Source of the DNA: TPA_inf: Saccharomyces
Taxonomy: Eukaryota
Assembly: GCA_000146045.2 (NCBI GenBank)
Contig: BK006948.2
Location: 192,001-256,000 of the forward strand
Direction: 5' to 3'
DNA length: 64,000 nucleotides
Shown one piece after another: positions 22,017-34,075 of this stretch (position 1 is the stretch's first letter; each line of letters starts with the position of its first letter). Position numbers and translations under genes: made by a program. The notes beneath the pieces are model-generated. The model did not search any database, had not been told where the DNA came from, and saw only the letters and a program-made list of their open reading frames with translations.

Positions 22017-24137
22017 TCATCTTTTTATGGTCGACGAGGAGCCGTTGGCATCATAATTGGAAGTTCTTGACAAAGAGTCGGTGAAATTAGAACGATCATT
22101 GTTGTTAGCGTTTTCGTTCTTAAATTTATTCTTAATACTGGAAAATAAACTTGCATTTGAACTTGAACTTTCTCTATCGTCACTTCGATTAGAATTCTCT
22201 TGATTGATATTCTCGTTTCCATATTCACTTTTGGATTCGTCCCAATCTTTTGCGGGGCCAATGATGGTTTTTGGAACACCTTTGACTGTGATGACAGATT
22301 CCACAATACCATTCTTCGTATTTTGGTAAGAGGTTGAGATTGTAACGTTTTGATTTTCGTTGCCGTGATTCGCGCCAGAATTTGGAATTGATATACTATC
22401 AGGGCTATTTCTCGTGGTTTTAGTCGAGGTAGTAACTTGAGTTGGTTGACCCGACCGTTGAGTATGGAGAACAGCTTGGCGAGATAGCTCTGCATGATCA
22501 CTTAATAGTTGTTGTTCTTCGGCGGAGAGTGATTTATCATTTGAGTGTGGTGCTGGAGAAGGCTCTTTGCTAGAATGAGGAGTGTGTGTAGTAATGATTT
22601 TCGGAACATTGGCAGGCTTTTTAATGGTAACAAAAGATTTATTTACGTTCAACGGGTTGGACGCTAGATTTGAAGGTATGATGGTGCCATGTTCCGTCAC
22701 TTGTGGAGTTGGAGACAATACAGCGTTGGACCTGTCGTAACCATCATTTGACTTCTGCTTCCAAGACTTATTATTCAAATCTTGCTGTGGGTGCTCGGAT
22801 GGGTGATTAGAATTGGATGGAGACAAGAGTGGAGACGATTCATCAGCTTGGTCAGCAGCTTTGTGCTCCTTGTGAGAGCTAGTGTACAAATGATGCAAAT
22901 AGGAAGTAATGTGCCTTTTGCTCAAGGGCCCCGGTTGTTGTCTCATAATATGCTGATGCATGTCCACAAAGACATCAGACTCGTCCACGATTTCTTCACC
23001 GATCAATTCTTCAATGACATCCTCCAAAGTTAAAACACCAATAGCGCCATGCGAGGAGCCCGGCTCTTTACTAACGACGCACATGTGAGCTTTCCCCTCC
23101 TGGAAGTAATTCAGAATATTCAAACAAGATGTGTTCGGGGAAGTTTCTGGCAACGTGGCTAGGGGGAAGTGGGAGATTGGGAGGCAGTCATCAGGATCGT
23201 AGGAGATAAGCACCCTGACAAGTAACATGCCGATGAAGTTGTTTGGTTCATTGGGCAAAAAAATCGGGATTCTAGAAAACCCTGAGTTGAAGATTTTTTC
23301 GACAGTTTTATCGTCTAGGATGGTATCGGCACTCATTGTGAACACGTTTTCAATCGGAGTCATGATTTCCTCAACCCTCTTTGCCTTTAGATCCAAAACA
23401 GCAGAGATGATTGTAACTTCGTCTTTAGTCAACCGTTCCACCCCCATGGTCCTATGCAAGGTGACCAAAGTCTTTAAGCCGGATTTTTTGTACATCGTAC
23501 CATGATCTTCACCCAGCATATAGTCCAGGAGAGTCGCGATCGGATATGCGACTGGGTACATCAGATACATCAGTACAAGAACAAAGGGGCAGAAGAATGC
23601 CCCAACTTGCAGCCCGTATTTAACACAGACACTCTGCGGAATAATTTCACCGAAGATCACAATTAGAATAGTTGACGACACTACAGCCTGCCAACCACCC
23701 CCAAGACACCTGTCCAAAACAATAGGCAATGTTTCGTTGGTTATAACATTAGAAAGCAGCAGTGTGACTAGAACCCAATGCTTCCCCCTAGATATTAGGT
23801 CAAGCACCCGCTTGGCCAGTTTCTTTTCAGAATTCGAGCCTGAAGTGCTGATTACCTTCAGGTAGACTTCATCTTGACCCATCAACCCCAGCGTCAATCC
23901 TGCAAATACACCACCCAGCAGCACTAGGATGATAGAGATAATATAGTACGTGGTAACGCTTGCCTCATCACCTACGCTATGGCCGGAATCGGCAACATCC
24001 CTAGAATTGAGTACGTGTGATCCGGATAACAACGGCAGTGAATATATCTTCGGTATCGTAAAGATGTGATATAAGATGATGTATACCCAATGAGGAGCGC
24101 CTGATCGTGACCTAGACCTTAGTGGCAAAAACGACAT
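22017..24137 (-). CDS. MAM3: CNNM/DUF21 + CBS-domain membrane protein, 706 aa.
   Basis: ORF track extends upstream via an alternative start; first ATG at 24135-24137 (MSFLPLRS...); DUF21 transmembrane block followed by CBS-pair region and an S/N-rich tail. Confidence 0.75.
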   Translation of the reverse strand: MSFLPLRSRSRSGAPHWVYIILYHIFTIPKIYSLPLLSGSHVLNSRDVADSGHSVGDEASVTTYYIISIILVLLGGVFAGLTLGLMGQDEVYLKVISTSGSNSEKKLAKRVLDLISRGKHWVLVTLLLSNVITNETLPIVLDRCLGGGWQAVVSSTILIVIFGEIIPQSVCVKYGLQVGAFFCPFVLVLMYLMYPVAYPIATLLDYMLGEDHGTMYKKSGLKTLVTLHRTMGVERLTKDEVTIISAVLDLKAKRVEEIMTPIENVFTMSADTILDDKTVEKIFNSGFSRIPIFLPNEPNNFIGMLLVRVLISYDPDDCLPISHFPLATLPETSPNTSCLNILNYFQEGKAHMCVVSKEPGSSHGAIGVLTLEDVIEELIGEEIVDESDVFVDMHQHIMRQQPGPLSKRHITSYLHHLYTSSHKEHKAADQADESSPLLSPSNSNHPSEHPQQDLNNKSWKQKSNDGYDRSNAVLSPTPQVTEHGTIIPSNLASNPLNVNKSFVTIKKPANVPKIITTHTPHSSKEPSPAPHSNDKSLSAEEQQLLSDHAELSRQAVLHTQRSGQPTQVTTSTKTTRNSPDSISIPNSGANHGNENQNVTISTSYQNTKNGIVESVITVKGVPKTIIGPAKDWDESKSEYGNENINQENSNRSDDRESSSSNASLFSSIKNKFKNENANNNDRSNFTDSLSRTSNYDANGSSSTIKR

Positions 24138-25125
24138 ATCTATTATAGTGGGGAGAGTTTCGTGCAAATAACAGACGCAGCAGCAAGTAACTGTGACGAT
24201 ATCAACTCTTTTTTTATTATGTAATAAGCAAACAAGCACGAATGGGGAAAGCCTATGTGCAATCACCAAGGTCGTCCCTTTTTTCCCATTTGCTAATTTA
24301 GAATTTAAAGAAACCAAAAGAATGAAGAAAGAAAACAAATACTAGCCCTAACCCTGACTTCGTTTCTATGATAATACCCTGCTTTAATGAACGGTATGCC
24401 CTAGGGTATATCTCACTCTGTACGTTACAAACTCCGGTTATTTTATCGGAACATCCGAGCACCCGCGCCTTCCTCAACCCAGGCACCGCCCCCAGGTAAC
24501 CGTGCGCGATGAGCTAATCCTGAGCCATCACCCACCCCACCCGTTGATGACAGCAATTCGGGAGGGCGAAAAATAAAAACTGGAGCAAGGAATTACCATC
24601 ACCGTCACCATCACCATCATATCGCCTTAGCCTCTAGCCATAGCCATCATGCAAGCGTGTATCTTCTAAGATTCAGTCATCATCATTACCGAGTTTGTTT
24701 TCCTTCACATGATGAAGAAGGTTTGAGTATGCTCGAAACAATAAGACGACGATGGCTCTGCCATTGTTATATTACGCTTTTGCGGCGAGGTGCCGATGGG
24801 TTGCTGAGGGGAAGAGTGTTTAGCTTACGGACCTATTGCCATTGTTATTCCGATTAATCTATTGTTCAGCAGCTCTTCTCTACCCTGTCATTCTAGTATT
24901 TTTTTTTTTTTTTTTTGGTTTTACTTTTTTTTCTTCTTGCCTTTTTTTCTTGTTACTTTTTTTCTAGTTTTTTTTCCTTCCACTAAGCTTTTTCCTTGAT
25001 TTATCCTTGGGTTCTTCTTTCTACTCCTTTAGATTTTTTTTTTATATATTAATTTTTAAGTTTATGTATTTTGGTAGATTCAATTCTCTTTCCCTTTCCT
25101 TTTCCTTCGCTCCCCTTCCTTATCA

Positions 25126-26448
25126 ATGCTTGCTGTCAGAAGATTAACAAGATACACATTCCTTAAGCGAACGCATCCGGTGTTATATACTCGTCGTGCA
25201 TATAAAATTTTGCCTTCAAGATCTACTTTCCTAAGAAGATCATTATTACAAACACAACTGCACTCAAAGATGACTGCTCATACTAATATCAAACAGCACA
25301 AACACTGTCATGAGGACCATCCTATCAGAAGATCGGACTCTGCCGTGTCAATTGTACATTTGAAACGTGCGCCCTTCAAGGTTACAGTGATTGGTTCTGG
25401 TAACTGGGGGACCACCATCGCCAAAGTCATTGCGGAAAACACAGAATTGCATTCCCATATCTTCGAGCCAGAGGTGAGAATGTGGGTTTTTGATGAAAAG
25501 ATCGGCGACGAAAATCTGACGGATATCATAAATACAAGACACCAGAACGTTAAATATCTACCCAATATTGACCTGCCCCATAATCTAGTGGCCGATCCTG
25601 ATCTTTTACACTCCATCAAGGGTGCTGACATCCTTGTTTTCAACATCCCTCATCAATTTTTACCAAACATAGTCAAACAATTGCAAGGCCACGTGGCCCC
25701 TCATGTAAGGGCCATCTCGTGTCTAAAAGGGTTCGAGTTGGGCTCCAAGGGTGTGCAATTGCTATCCTCCTATGTTACTGATGAGTTAGGAATCCAATGT
25801 GGCGCACTATCTGGTGCAAACTTGGCACCGGAAGTGGCCAAGGAGCATTGGTCCGAAACCACCGTGGCTTACCAACTACCAAAGGATTATCAAGGTGATG
25901 GCAAGGATGTAGATCATAAGATTTTGAAATTGCTGTTCCACAGACCTTACTTCCACGTCAATGTCATCGATGATGTTGCTGGTATATCCATTGCCGGTGC
26001 CTTGAAGAACGTCGTGGCACTTGCATGTGGTTTCGTAGAAGGTATGGGATGGGGTAACAATGCCTCCGCAGCCATTCAAAGGCTGGGTTTAGGTGAAATT
26101 ATCAAGTTCGGTAGAATGTTTTTCCCAGAATCCAAAGTCGAGACCTACTATCAAGAATCCGCTGGTGTTGCAGATCTGATCACCACCTGCTCAGGCGGTA
26201 GAAACGTCAAGGTTGCCACATACATGGCCAAGACCGGTAAGTCAGCCTTGGAAGCAGAAAAGGAATTGCTTAACGGTCAATCCGCCCAAGGGATAATCAC
26301 ATGCAGAGAAGTTCACGAGTGGCTACAAACATGTGAGTTGACCCAAGAATTCCCATTATTCGAGGCAGTCTACCAGATAGTCTACAACAACGTCCGCATG
26401 GAAGACCTACCGGAGATGATTGAAGAGCTAGACATCGATGACGAATAG
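25126..26448 (+). CDS. GPD2: NAD-dependent glycerol-3-phosphate dehydrogenase, the isoform with a mitochondrial-type N-terminal extension, 440 aa.
   Basis: Rossmann motif VIGSGNWGTT; differs from GPD1 at the N-terminus (MLAVRRLTRY... presequence); ATG at 25126. Confidence 0.9.
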   Translation: MLAVRRLTRYTFLKRTHPVLYTRRAYKILPSRSTFLRRSLLQTQLHSKMTAHTNIKQHKHCHEDHPIRRSDSAVSIVHLKRAPFKVTVIGSGNWGTTIAKVIAENTELHSHIFEPEVRMWVFDEKIGDENLTDIINTRHQNVKYLPNIDLPHNLVADPDLLHSIKGADILVFNIPHQFLPNIVKQLQGHVAPHVRAISCLKGFELGSKGVQLLSSYVTDELGIQCGALSGANLAPEVAKEHWSETTVAYQLPKDYQGDGKDVDHKILKLLFHRPYFHVNVIDDVAGISIAGALKNVVALACGFVEGMGWGNNASAAIQRLGLGEIIKFGRMFFPESKVETYYQESAGVADLITTCSGGRNVKVATYMAKTGKSALEAEKELLNGQSAQGIITCREVHEWLQTCELTQEFPLFEAVYQIVYNNVRMEDLPEMIEELDIDDE

Positions 26449-26865
26449 ACACTCTCCCCCCCCCTCCCCCTCTGATCTTTCCTGTTGCCTCTTTTTCCCC
26501 CAACCAATTTATCATTATACACAAGTTCTACAACTACTACTAGTAACATTACTACAGTTATTATAATTTTCTATTCTCTTTTTCTTTAAGAATCTATCAT
26601 TAACGTTAATTTCTATATATACATAACTACCATTATACACGCTATTATCGTTTACATATCACATCACCGTTAATGAAAGATACGACACCCTGTACACTAA
26701 CACAATTAAATAATCGCCATAACCTTTTCTGTTATCTATAGCCCTTAAAGCTGTTTCTTCGAGCTTTTTCACTGCAGTAATTCTCCACATGGGCCCAGCC
26801 ACTGAGATAAGAGCGCTATGTTAGTCACTACTGACGGCTCTCCAGTCATTTATGTGATTTTTTAG

Positions 26866-26872
26866 TGACTCA
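26866..26872. promoter_or_regulatory. Canonical Gcn4/AP-1 site TGACTCA (within GTGACTCATG), about 340 bp upstream of ARG1. A TGACTAA-like half-site (TTAGTCAC) lies at about 26821-26828.
   Basis: Motif read directly. ARG1 is a classic general-amino-acid-control target, so a Gcn4 element is expected. Confidence 0.7.
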
Positions 26873-27210
26873 TGTCGCATTTGGCCCGTTTTTTTCCGCT
26901 GTCGCAACCTATTTCCATTAACGGTGCCGTATGGAAGAGTCATTTAAAGGCAGGAGAGAGAGATTACTCATCTTCATTGGATCAGATTGATGACTGCGTA
27001 GCGGCAGATAGTGTAATCTGAGCAGTTGCGAGACCCAGACTGGCACTGTCTCAATAGTATATTAATGGGCATACATTCGTACTCCCTTGTTCTTGCCCAC
27101 AGTTCTCTCTCTCTTTACTTCTTGTATCTTGTCTCCCCATTGTGCAGCGATAAGGAACATTGTTCTAATATACACGGATACAAAAGAAATACACATAATT
27201 GCATAAAATA

Positions 27211-28473
27211 ATGTCTAAGGGAAAAGTTTGTTTGGCTTATTCTGGTGGTTTAGATACCTCCGTCATTTTGGCTTGGCTACTAGACCAAGGCTACGAAGTT
27301 GTAGCTTTCATGGCTAATGTAGGGCAAGAAGAAGATTTCGATGCCGCCAAGGAAAAGGCCTTGAAGATCGGTGCCTGCAAGTTCGTTTGTGTGGATTGTC
27401 GTGAAGATTTTGTCAAGGATATTCTATTCCCAGCTGTACAGGTCAACGCTGTGTACGAAGACGTTTATCTGTTGGGTACCTCTTTGGCAAGACCTGTTAT
27501 TGCCAAAGCCCAAATTGACGTCGCTAAACAGGAGGGCTGTTTCGCGGTCTCTCATGGTTGTACCGGTAAAGGTAATGATCAAATCAGATTCGAATTGTCA
27601 TTTTACGCTCTGAAGCCAGACGTTAAGTGTATTACACCATGGAGAATGCCTGAATTTTTCGAAAGATTTGCTGGCAGAAAGGATTTGTTAGACTATGCTG
27701 CACAAAAGGGTATTCCCGTCGCCCAAACCAAGGCCAAGCCATGGTCTACTGACGAAAACCAAGCCCACATTTCTTACGAGGCAGGTATCTTGGAAGACCC
27801 AGATACCACCCCACCAAAGGACATGTGGAAATTGATCGTCGATCCAATGGATGCTCCGGACCAACCACAAGATTTGACCATTGACTTTGAACGTGGTCTT
27901 CCAGTCAAGTTGACCTACACCGACAACAAGACTTCCAAGGAAGTTTCCGTTACCAAGCCTTTGGATGTTTTCTTGGCCGCATCCAACTTAGCAAGGGCCA
28001 ACGGTGTTGGTAGAATCGATATTGTAGAAGATCGTTACATTAACTTGAAATCCAGAGGTTGTTACGAACAGGCTCCATTGACTGTTTTGAGAAAAGCTCA
28101 TGTTGATTTGGAAGGTTTGACTTTAGACAAAGAAGTCCGTCAATTGAGAGACTCATTCGTCACACCAAACTACTCCAGATTGATATATAACGGTTCCTAC
28201 TTCACCCCAGAGTGTGAGTACATCAGATCTATGATCCAACCATCCCAAAATAGCGTTAACGGTACTGTCAGGGTTAGACTGTATAAGGGTAACGTCATCA
28301 TTCTGGGCAGATCTACAAAGACTGAAAAGTTGTACGATCCGACAGAATCCTCTATGGATGAGTTGACCGGTTTCTTACCTACCGATACCACCGGTTTCAT
28401 TGCCATCCAGGCCATTAGAATTAAAAAATACGGTGAATCCAAAAAAACCAAAGGTGAAGAGTTGACTTTGTAA
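27211..28473 (+). CDS. ARG1: Argininosuccinate synthetase, 420 aa.
   Basis: AYSGGLDTS PP-loop; ORF track starts at a TTG at 27199, true ATG at 27211 (MSKGKVCLAYSGG). Confidence 0.92.
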   Translation: MSKGKVCLAYSGGLDTSVILAWLLDQGYEVVAFMANVGQEEDFDAAKEKALKIGACKFVCVDCREDFVKDILFPAVQVNAVYEDVYLLGTSLARPVIAKAQIDVAKQEGCFAVSHGCTGKGNDQIRFELSFYALKPDVKCITPWRMPEFFERFAGRKDLLDYAAQKGIPVAQTKAKPWSTDENQAHISYEAGILEDPDTTPPKDMWKLIVDPMDAPDQPQDLTIDFERGLPVKLTYTDNKTSKEVSVTKPLDVFLAASNLARANGVGRIDIVEDRYINLKSRGCYEQAPLTVLRKAHVDLEGLTLDKEVRQLRDSFVTPNYSRLIYNGSYFTPECEYIRSMIQPSQNSVNGTVRVRLYKGNVIILGRSTKTEKLYDPTESSMDELTGFLPTDTTGFIAIQAIRIKKYGESKKTKGEELTL

Positions 28474-28766
28474 GTCCGCTAGTTCATCGCCTCAAGATAG
28501 ATAACGATCTCTTCCTCCACCTCCTATTTCTGCACACTCTTGTGATGTAAATACATATGTAGACATATGTAAGCTTTTGTATAAATAGTTTAAGAAAGCA
28601 TCATACCAATTTTGAATAGAAGAAAAAATAGCTAAGAGCATAGCCGCTCGGAATAAGTTGACGTAGCGAAAAATCCCAATATCGTAAAGGAAAAATACCT
28701 TCATGAGAACAGAACATTGAAAAGAAGAAAAAAAAAACTGAGCACTGCACCATTAAGTCCTCAAAG

Positions 28767-30902
28767 ATGAGCCACTTTTTCGCCGATCATGATGCTCCTC
28801 TGAGCATGCTTTCTGTTAAAACAGAATACTTTCCTCAATTGACTGATAAGGAACAAAAATATGCGCATTTCATGTCAAAGGCCTCCCATGCGGGTTCAAG
28901 GGTTGTAATGAGACAAGTTTCTCATGAGAGTGAGCCAATTTTTGACCTAATCCTTGCCATTCATTCAAAGCTAAACGGCAAGTACCCAGAGGACGATATT
29001 ACGCAGAAGCAGCAAACGGGTTTGTATTTGGAATACGTTTCTCAATTCTTATCTAATTTGGGTAATTTCAAATCGTTTGGTGACACTAAGTTTATTCCTC
29101 GTTGTGAGGTAAAATTCTTCAAACAGCTTTTGGAGCTGGCCAAGATTAATCCGTGTTCTTCTCCGCTCACTTTATCTCCTGTTGACGTTAACCATGAATT
29201 CACATCTCATCATCTTTTTTCCACCATCAATGAGCTAATTGATATTGGTATTTACCATGTGGAAGAGAAGGCGGCTCTCTTAGGGTTTCCCTCTCAAGGT
29301 TATACTTCAGCCTATTATCTGGGTTTACCTGTGACACCTGAAGATATGGCTCTTTTGAAAGAGCAGTTGTTTGCTGAACTTGCCATCTTGCCTGAAAACA
29401 CAAGAATCAACAAAGTTGGTGAAAACAGTTTCCAAATCTGGGTTGCCTCTGAGAATGTGAAAAACCAGATAACAGAAACCTACCCCAGTGGACAGATCAC
29501 ATTATCCAATGCTGTAACCAAAGTAGAATTCATTTTTGGTGATCATTCACGTGAAATGCGTTTAGTAGCATCGTATTTAAAGGAAGCTCAAAAATTCGCG
29601 GCTAATGATACTCAAAAAGCAATGCTTCAGGAATACATCAACCACTTTGTCACTGGCTCTTCTCAAGCACATAAAGAAGCACAAAAACTTTGGGTCAAAG
29701 ATATATCTCCCGTCATTGAAACAAATATCGGTTTTATCGAAACATATAGAGAACCCTCGGGCATAATTGGAGAATTTGAATCGTTGGTTGCAATTCAAAA
29801 CAAAGAACGTACTGCTAAATTTTCCAGCTTGGTTAACAACGCAGAAGAATTCATTTCCTTACTACCATGGTCTAAAGATTACGAAAAACCGATTTTCAAT
29901 CCACCAGATTTCACCTCTCTAGAAGTATTAACGTTTACTGGATCGGGTATACCAGCGGGCATCAATATTCCAAACTATGATGATGTTCGGCTTAAAATTG
30001 GGTTCAAGAATGTTTCTTTGGGGAATATCTTAAGCGCGGCTGCCAAAAGCTCATCCAAGCATCCGCCAAGTTTTATATCGCAAGAAGATCGCCCAATTTT
30101 TGAAAAATATCAAAGTGATTCTTTTGAAGTCCAAGTAGGCATCCATGAATTATTAGGACATGGTTCAGGAAAGTTGTTGACAGAATTTACAGACGGCTTT
30201 AATTTTGATAAGGAAAACCCTCCTTTAGGTTTGGATGGGAAACCGGTGAGCACATACTACAAAGTTGGTGAAACTTGGGGTTCCAAATTTGGACAGTTAG
30301 CTGGCCCATTTGAAGAATGTCGTGCGGAAGTAATTGCCATGTTTTTGCTTACTAATAAGAAGATTCTTGATATTTTTGGTTTCCATGATGTCGAATCTCA
30401 AGATAAAGTGATCTACGCTGGATATCTACAAATGGCCCGTGCGGGTCTCCTAGCTTTAGAATACTGGAATCCAAAAACTGGTAAGTGGGGACAACCACAC
30501 ATGCAAGCAAGATTTTCTATCATGAAAACATTTATGAAGCACTCTACAGATAAGAATTTCTTAAAGTTGGAGATGAACAGCACGAATGATGATTTTGCCA
30601 TCAAGTTGGATAAATCTCTCATTAAAACAGCGGGACATGAATGTGTGAAAGACTATTTAAAGCATTTGCATGTTTACAAATGTTCAGGCGATGTGGAACA
30701 GGGAAGTAAGTACTTTATTGATAGATCAACGGTGACACCGGATTTGGCGTCTTTAAGAGACATCGTCTTATCTAAGAGATTGCCAAGGAGACAATTCATA
30801 CAATCGAATTCTTATATTGACGACAATAACAAGGTAACCCTGAAAGAATATGATGAAACCCCACAGGGTATGCTCCAATCTTTCCTTGATAGAGAATTAT
30901 GA
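28767..30902 (+). CDS. YOL057W: Dipeptidyl-peptidase III (M49 zinc metallopeptidase), 711 aa.
   Basis: [10 protein letters not shown] zinc-binding motif and the downstream EECRAE second motif; ATG at 28767. Confidence 0.85.
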
Positions 30903-31267
30903 TGTCCTTAAGAGCACACGTTTTAATTAGCAACCTTTGCTGTTGCTTTTGTTCAAGCTATTAGATTATGTAAACAGATATATATTATGTAAGTGTGACA
31001 GGATACGACAGCACTAACTGTCAGCGAATTTTGATTTGTTACTTTTGCTAGTTTTGTGTGACTTTCCTTTGTTTTTTAACTTTTTTTTTCAGATTTGTAT
31101 TATGAGATGATAACAATGCGAGATTTCATTGACAAGTTCGATAAAACAATAGAAGCTTCCATTTTATACATATGTGATAAAACAACCTGCAATCGAGGAT
31201 TTACAATAAAAGTCTCTTTGAGAGGATTGAGAAATAGTGCAAAAAGATCTACTAATAACGAATAGTT

Positions 31268-32179
31268 ATGACTGTTACTGACACTTTTAAACTGTTTATT
31301 TTAAGGCATGGTCAAAGTGAATTAAACTCAGAAAACATATTCTGCGGATGGATTGATGCTCAATTAACGGAAAAAGGGAAGTCTCAGGCCCGCCACTCTG
31401 CAAAATTGATCAAGCAGTTTTGCGATTCTAACAATATCTCTTTGCCTCAGATTGGCTATACTTCAAGGTTGATTCGAACTCAGCAGACCATGGACGTTAT
31501 TCTCGAAGAGTTGGGACTAAAACACACCAATTATGTAATTACTACGAATACAAACATTAAGGAGGAGCTGCAGGACACAAGATTTGAAGGAAGTATGCCT
31601 GTGTTGCAAACCTGGAGGTTAAATGAGCGTCATTACGGCGCATGGCAAGGACAAAGAAAGCCAGATATCTTGAAAGAATACGGTAAGGAAAAATACATGT
31701 ATATCAGAAGAGATTACAACGGAAAACCCCCTAAAGTCAACCTAAACCTGGAAATGGTCCAAGAGGAAAATGATCAGGGGTCCTCCACAGGCTATGATTT
31801 TAAGGAGCCCAATAGACACTTAAAATACGGCCCCGAAGAGAAGGCTAATGAGCGTCTGCCAGAAAGTGAGTCTCTTTGTGAAGTGGTCGTCAGATTGAAA
31901 CCATTTTTAAATAATGTTGTTCTGTCTACCGCCAACAAAATCAGTCAAGAATCGTGTGTTATAGTTGGGCATGGCAGCTCTGTAAGATCTCTGCTGAAAG
32001 TATTGGAAGGTATCTCAGATGAAGACATCAAAGATGTCGATATTCCCAACGGCATTCCGCTAGTTATAGAGTTGGATAGAGACAATTACTCTTTTGTGAG
32101 GAAATTTTACTTGGATCCAGAATCAGCTAAAGTTAATGCTCAAATGGTTCGTGATGAGGGTTTCGAAAAGAATCCATGA
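31268..32179 (+). CDS. GPM3: Phosphoglycerate mutase paralog, likely non-functional homolog, 303 aa.
   Basis: LRHGQSELN histidine phosphatase motif; ATG at 31268. Confidence 0.85.
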   Translation: MTVTDTFKLFILRHGQSELNSENIFCGWIDAQLTEKGKSQARHSAKLIKQFCDSNNISLPQIGYTSRLIRTQQTMDVILEELGLKHTNYVITTNTNIKEELQDTRFEGSMPVLQTWRLNERHYGAWQGQRKPDILKEYGKEKYMYIRRDYNGKPPKVNLNLEMVQEENDQGSSTGYDFKEPNRHLKYGPEEKANERLPESESLCEVVVRLKPFLNNVVLSTANKISQESCVIVGHGSSVRSLLKVLEGISDEDIKDVDIPNGIPLVIELDRDNYSFVRKFYLDPESAKVNAQMVRDEGFEKNP

Positions 32180-32419
32180 ATAGTTTTTAAAAATAAAAAA
32201 TTAGCGCCATTTTTTTCATGGTTTCCTTTTATATTTCCTTCTTTCTTTATTGATAGAATAATGAGTAACGAAAAGCAGCTAAATAAACGTGTTTAAATTT
32301 CTATAAGAAGTTTTTATAGATTGTATAACAAAGAAACTTTTTTCTTATTATTATTTTTTTGTTTTTATAATTCATTATATGTAGGTATATCTTTATCTAT
32401 TGTGCATAAGCCATCTTAT

Positions 32420-34075
32420 CTACTCGTATTCTAGCGCAGCGGTCCAAAAATTTGTTTCTAATTCACAAACTTCAGCGTAGATTGTTACTAAAGTGTCAAG
32501 TTGCTCTGGAGGGTATGTTTCTAAGATGTGGTTCAAAAGTTTTTCACCTTCATCCATGGCTTCACGATACCATGAAGATGCGTAAGTTTCACACCATTCG
32601 TGGTAAACGGACCCTTCAGGTGCGGTGACTTTACCCTTCATTTTAGTTAAAGCTTCACCATAACCCATCAAACAAGGAGTAAGGGATGCAACCAATTCTT
32701 GCCAGTTACCTCTTCTGGAAACATCGTTAAAGTAACGAGAGTAAGCTCTTAATGCAGGTCCTCTCTTAATCTTTTGAAAGTAATCAGGATCTTTAACACC
32801 AAATACTTCTTTTAATCTCTTTTCATGTTGACCCATTTCAGTACGAACACCTCCAACAATGACTAGCTCCTTTTCCATATCTTCTAGGCATGGAGCTTTA
32901 CTACCCGCGATACAATGAACTCTAGCATAATCAACCAAGTATGCATAATCTTGTTCAATAAAGAACTGAAACTTCTTACGTTCTAATGTACCGTCCGCAA
33001 CCTTTTTAACAAACTCATGGTTAATATAGGAATCCCAGTGTGGCTTAACTTTAGGGTGATTGATCAGGTATTCATAGAAATTACCGCCTGGGATTTTGTC
33101 AGCAGCACTTTTGAGCGGCTTTTTAGGTATAACATCCGATGCAGTAAAACATTCATCACTGAGCATTTTCTCCAATGGAATTTCCACGGCGTAAACATGA
33201 TTAATTGGTCCATTATCCTTGACAGTTTCTTTTGTGACATCACAACCAATTGCCACGGCATTTTGGACGTATTCAATACCACCATAAACAGACTGAGGAA
33301 GAGAATAACCACGAGCCAAGTTTGATGCAATGGCAGAAGCTAGTGTGCACCCAGTACCATGTGTATGCGTGGTGTTAACGAAATTGCCTTTAAAGATAAT
33401 GAATTTTTGTTCAGCACCCAAGAAAAGAACGTCGGTAATGTACTTTTCCTTTTCATCATTCCATGGAATATGGCCACCCTTCACTAGTATATTCGAACAC
33501 TTGGTTATTTTAGCAAGGTCTTTTGCGATTTGGAAAATATCCTGTAATCCGTTAACCTTTCTTTCCTCACCTAACAATTTGTAACACTCTGGGATGTTAG
33601 GAGTCAAAATATCAGCAAAAGGTGCAACCTTCTCCGTAATCAAACTAACTATATCCTTTCCAGCTAAAGAAGAACCAGAAGTAGCGACAAGAACTGGATC
33701 AACAACCAACTTAGGTCTATTTTCGCCGAGTTGCAGCAGTTTTTCGTGCAAGACTTCGATAGCAGCTGCGGTAAGCATACCGGTTTTGATAACATTACAT
33801 TTCATATCCTTTAAATTGGATTCCAAAGTTTGGAAAACCACTTCTTTTGGTGTGTTATTTATGCTGTAGACTTTAACTGGAGTTTGAGCATTTAAAGCAG
33901 TGATACATGTCATGGCATAACATCTGTGTGCTGTGATAGTTTTGACATCAGCTTCGATACCGGCTCCACCACTTGGATCTGTTCCAGCAATGGATAAAAC
34001 TGTTGGCAACTTTTCGTTGCAGGCTAAAGTAAGATATGGTGGAGGCGTGTTGATGCTAACTGTAGAATAGGTCAT
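32420..34075 (-). CDS. THI20: Trifunctional HMP/HMP-P kinase fused to a thiaminase II (TenA) domain, 551 aa.
   Basis: ThiD-like N-terminal kinase domain and TenA-like C-terminus; ATG at 34073-34075. Confidence 0.85.
   Translation of the reverse strand: MTYSTVSINTPPPYLTLACNEKLPTVLSIAGTDPSGGAGIEADVKTITAHRCYAMTCITALNAQTPVKVYSINNTPKEVVFQTLESNLKDMKCNVIKTGMLTAAAIEVLHEKLLQLGENRPKLVVDPVLVATSGSSLAGKDIVSLITEKVAPFADILTPNIPECYKLLGEERKVNGLQDIFQIAKDLAKITKCSNILVKGGHIPWNDEKEKYITDVLFLGAEQKFIIFKGNFVNTTHTHGTGCTLASAIASNLARGYSLPQSVYGGIEYVQNAVAIGCDVTKETVKDNGPINHVYAVEIPLEKMLSDECFTASDVIPKKPLKSAADKIPGGNFYEYLINHPKVKPHWDSYINHEFVKKVADGTLERKKFQFFIEQDYAYLVDYARVHCIAGSKAPCLEDMEKELVIVGGVRTEMGQHEKRLKEVFGVKDPDYFQKIKRGPALRAYSRYFNDVSRRGNWQELVASLTPCLMGYGEALTKMKGKVTAPEGSVYHEWCETYASSWYREAMDEGEKLLNHILETYPPEQLDTLVTIYAEVCELETNFWTAALEYE

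Noticed and set aside
22025-22501. 158-aa ORF overlapping the 3' end of MAM3 in another frame.
   Set aside because: It is embedded in a recognised gene, with no domain signature. It is typical frame noise in an S/N-rich coding tail.
27199-27210. N-terminal extensions on several track ORFs (e.g. MHKIMSKGK for ARG1, MVESDF... for PRS5, MERDLL... for NGL1, 67 extra residues on MAM3).
   Set aside because: The first codon of each is TTG or GTG (checked at 27199, 18278, 6933, 48933 and elsewhere), so the ORF finder allows bacterial-style starts. For a yeast nuclear gene I used the first in-frame ATG.
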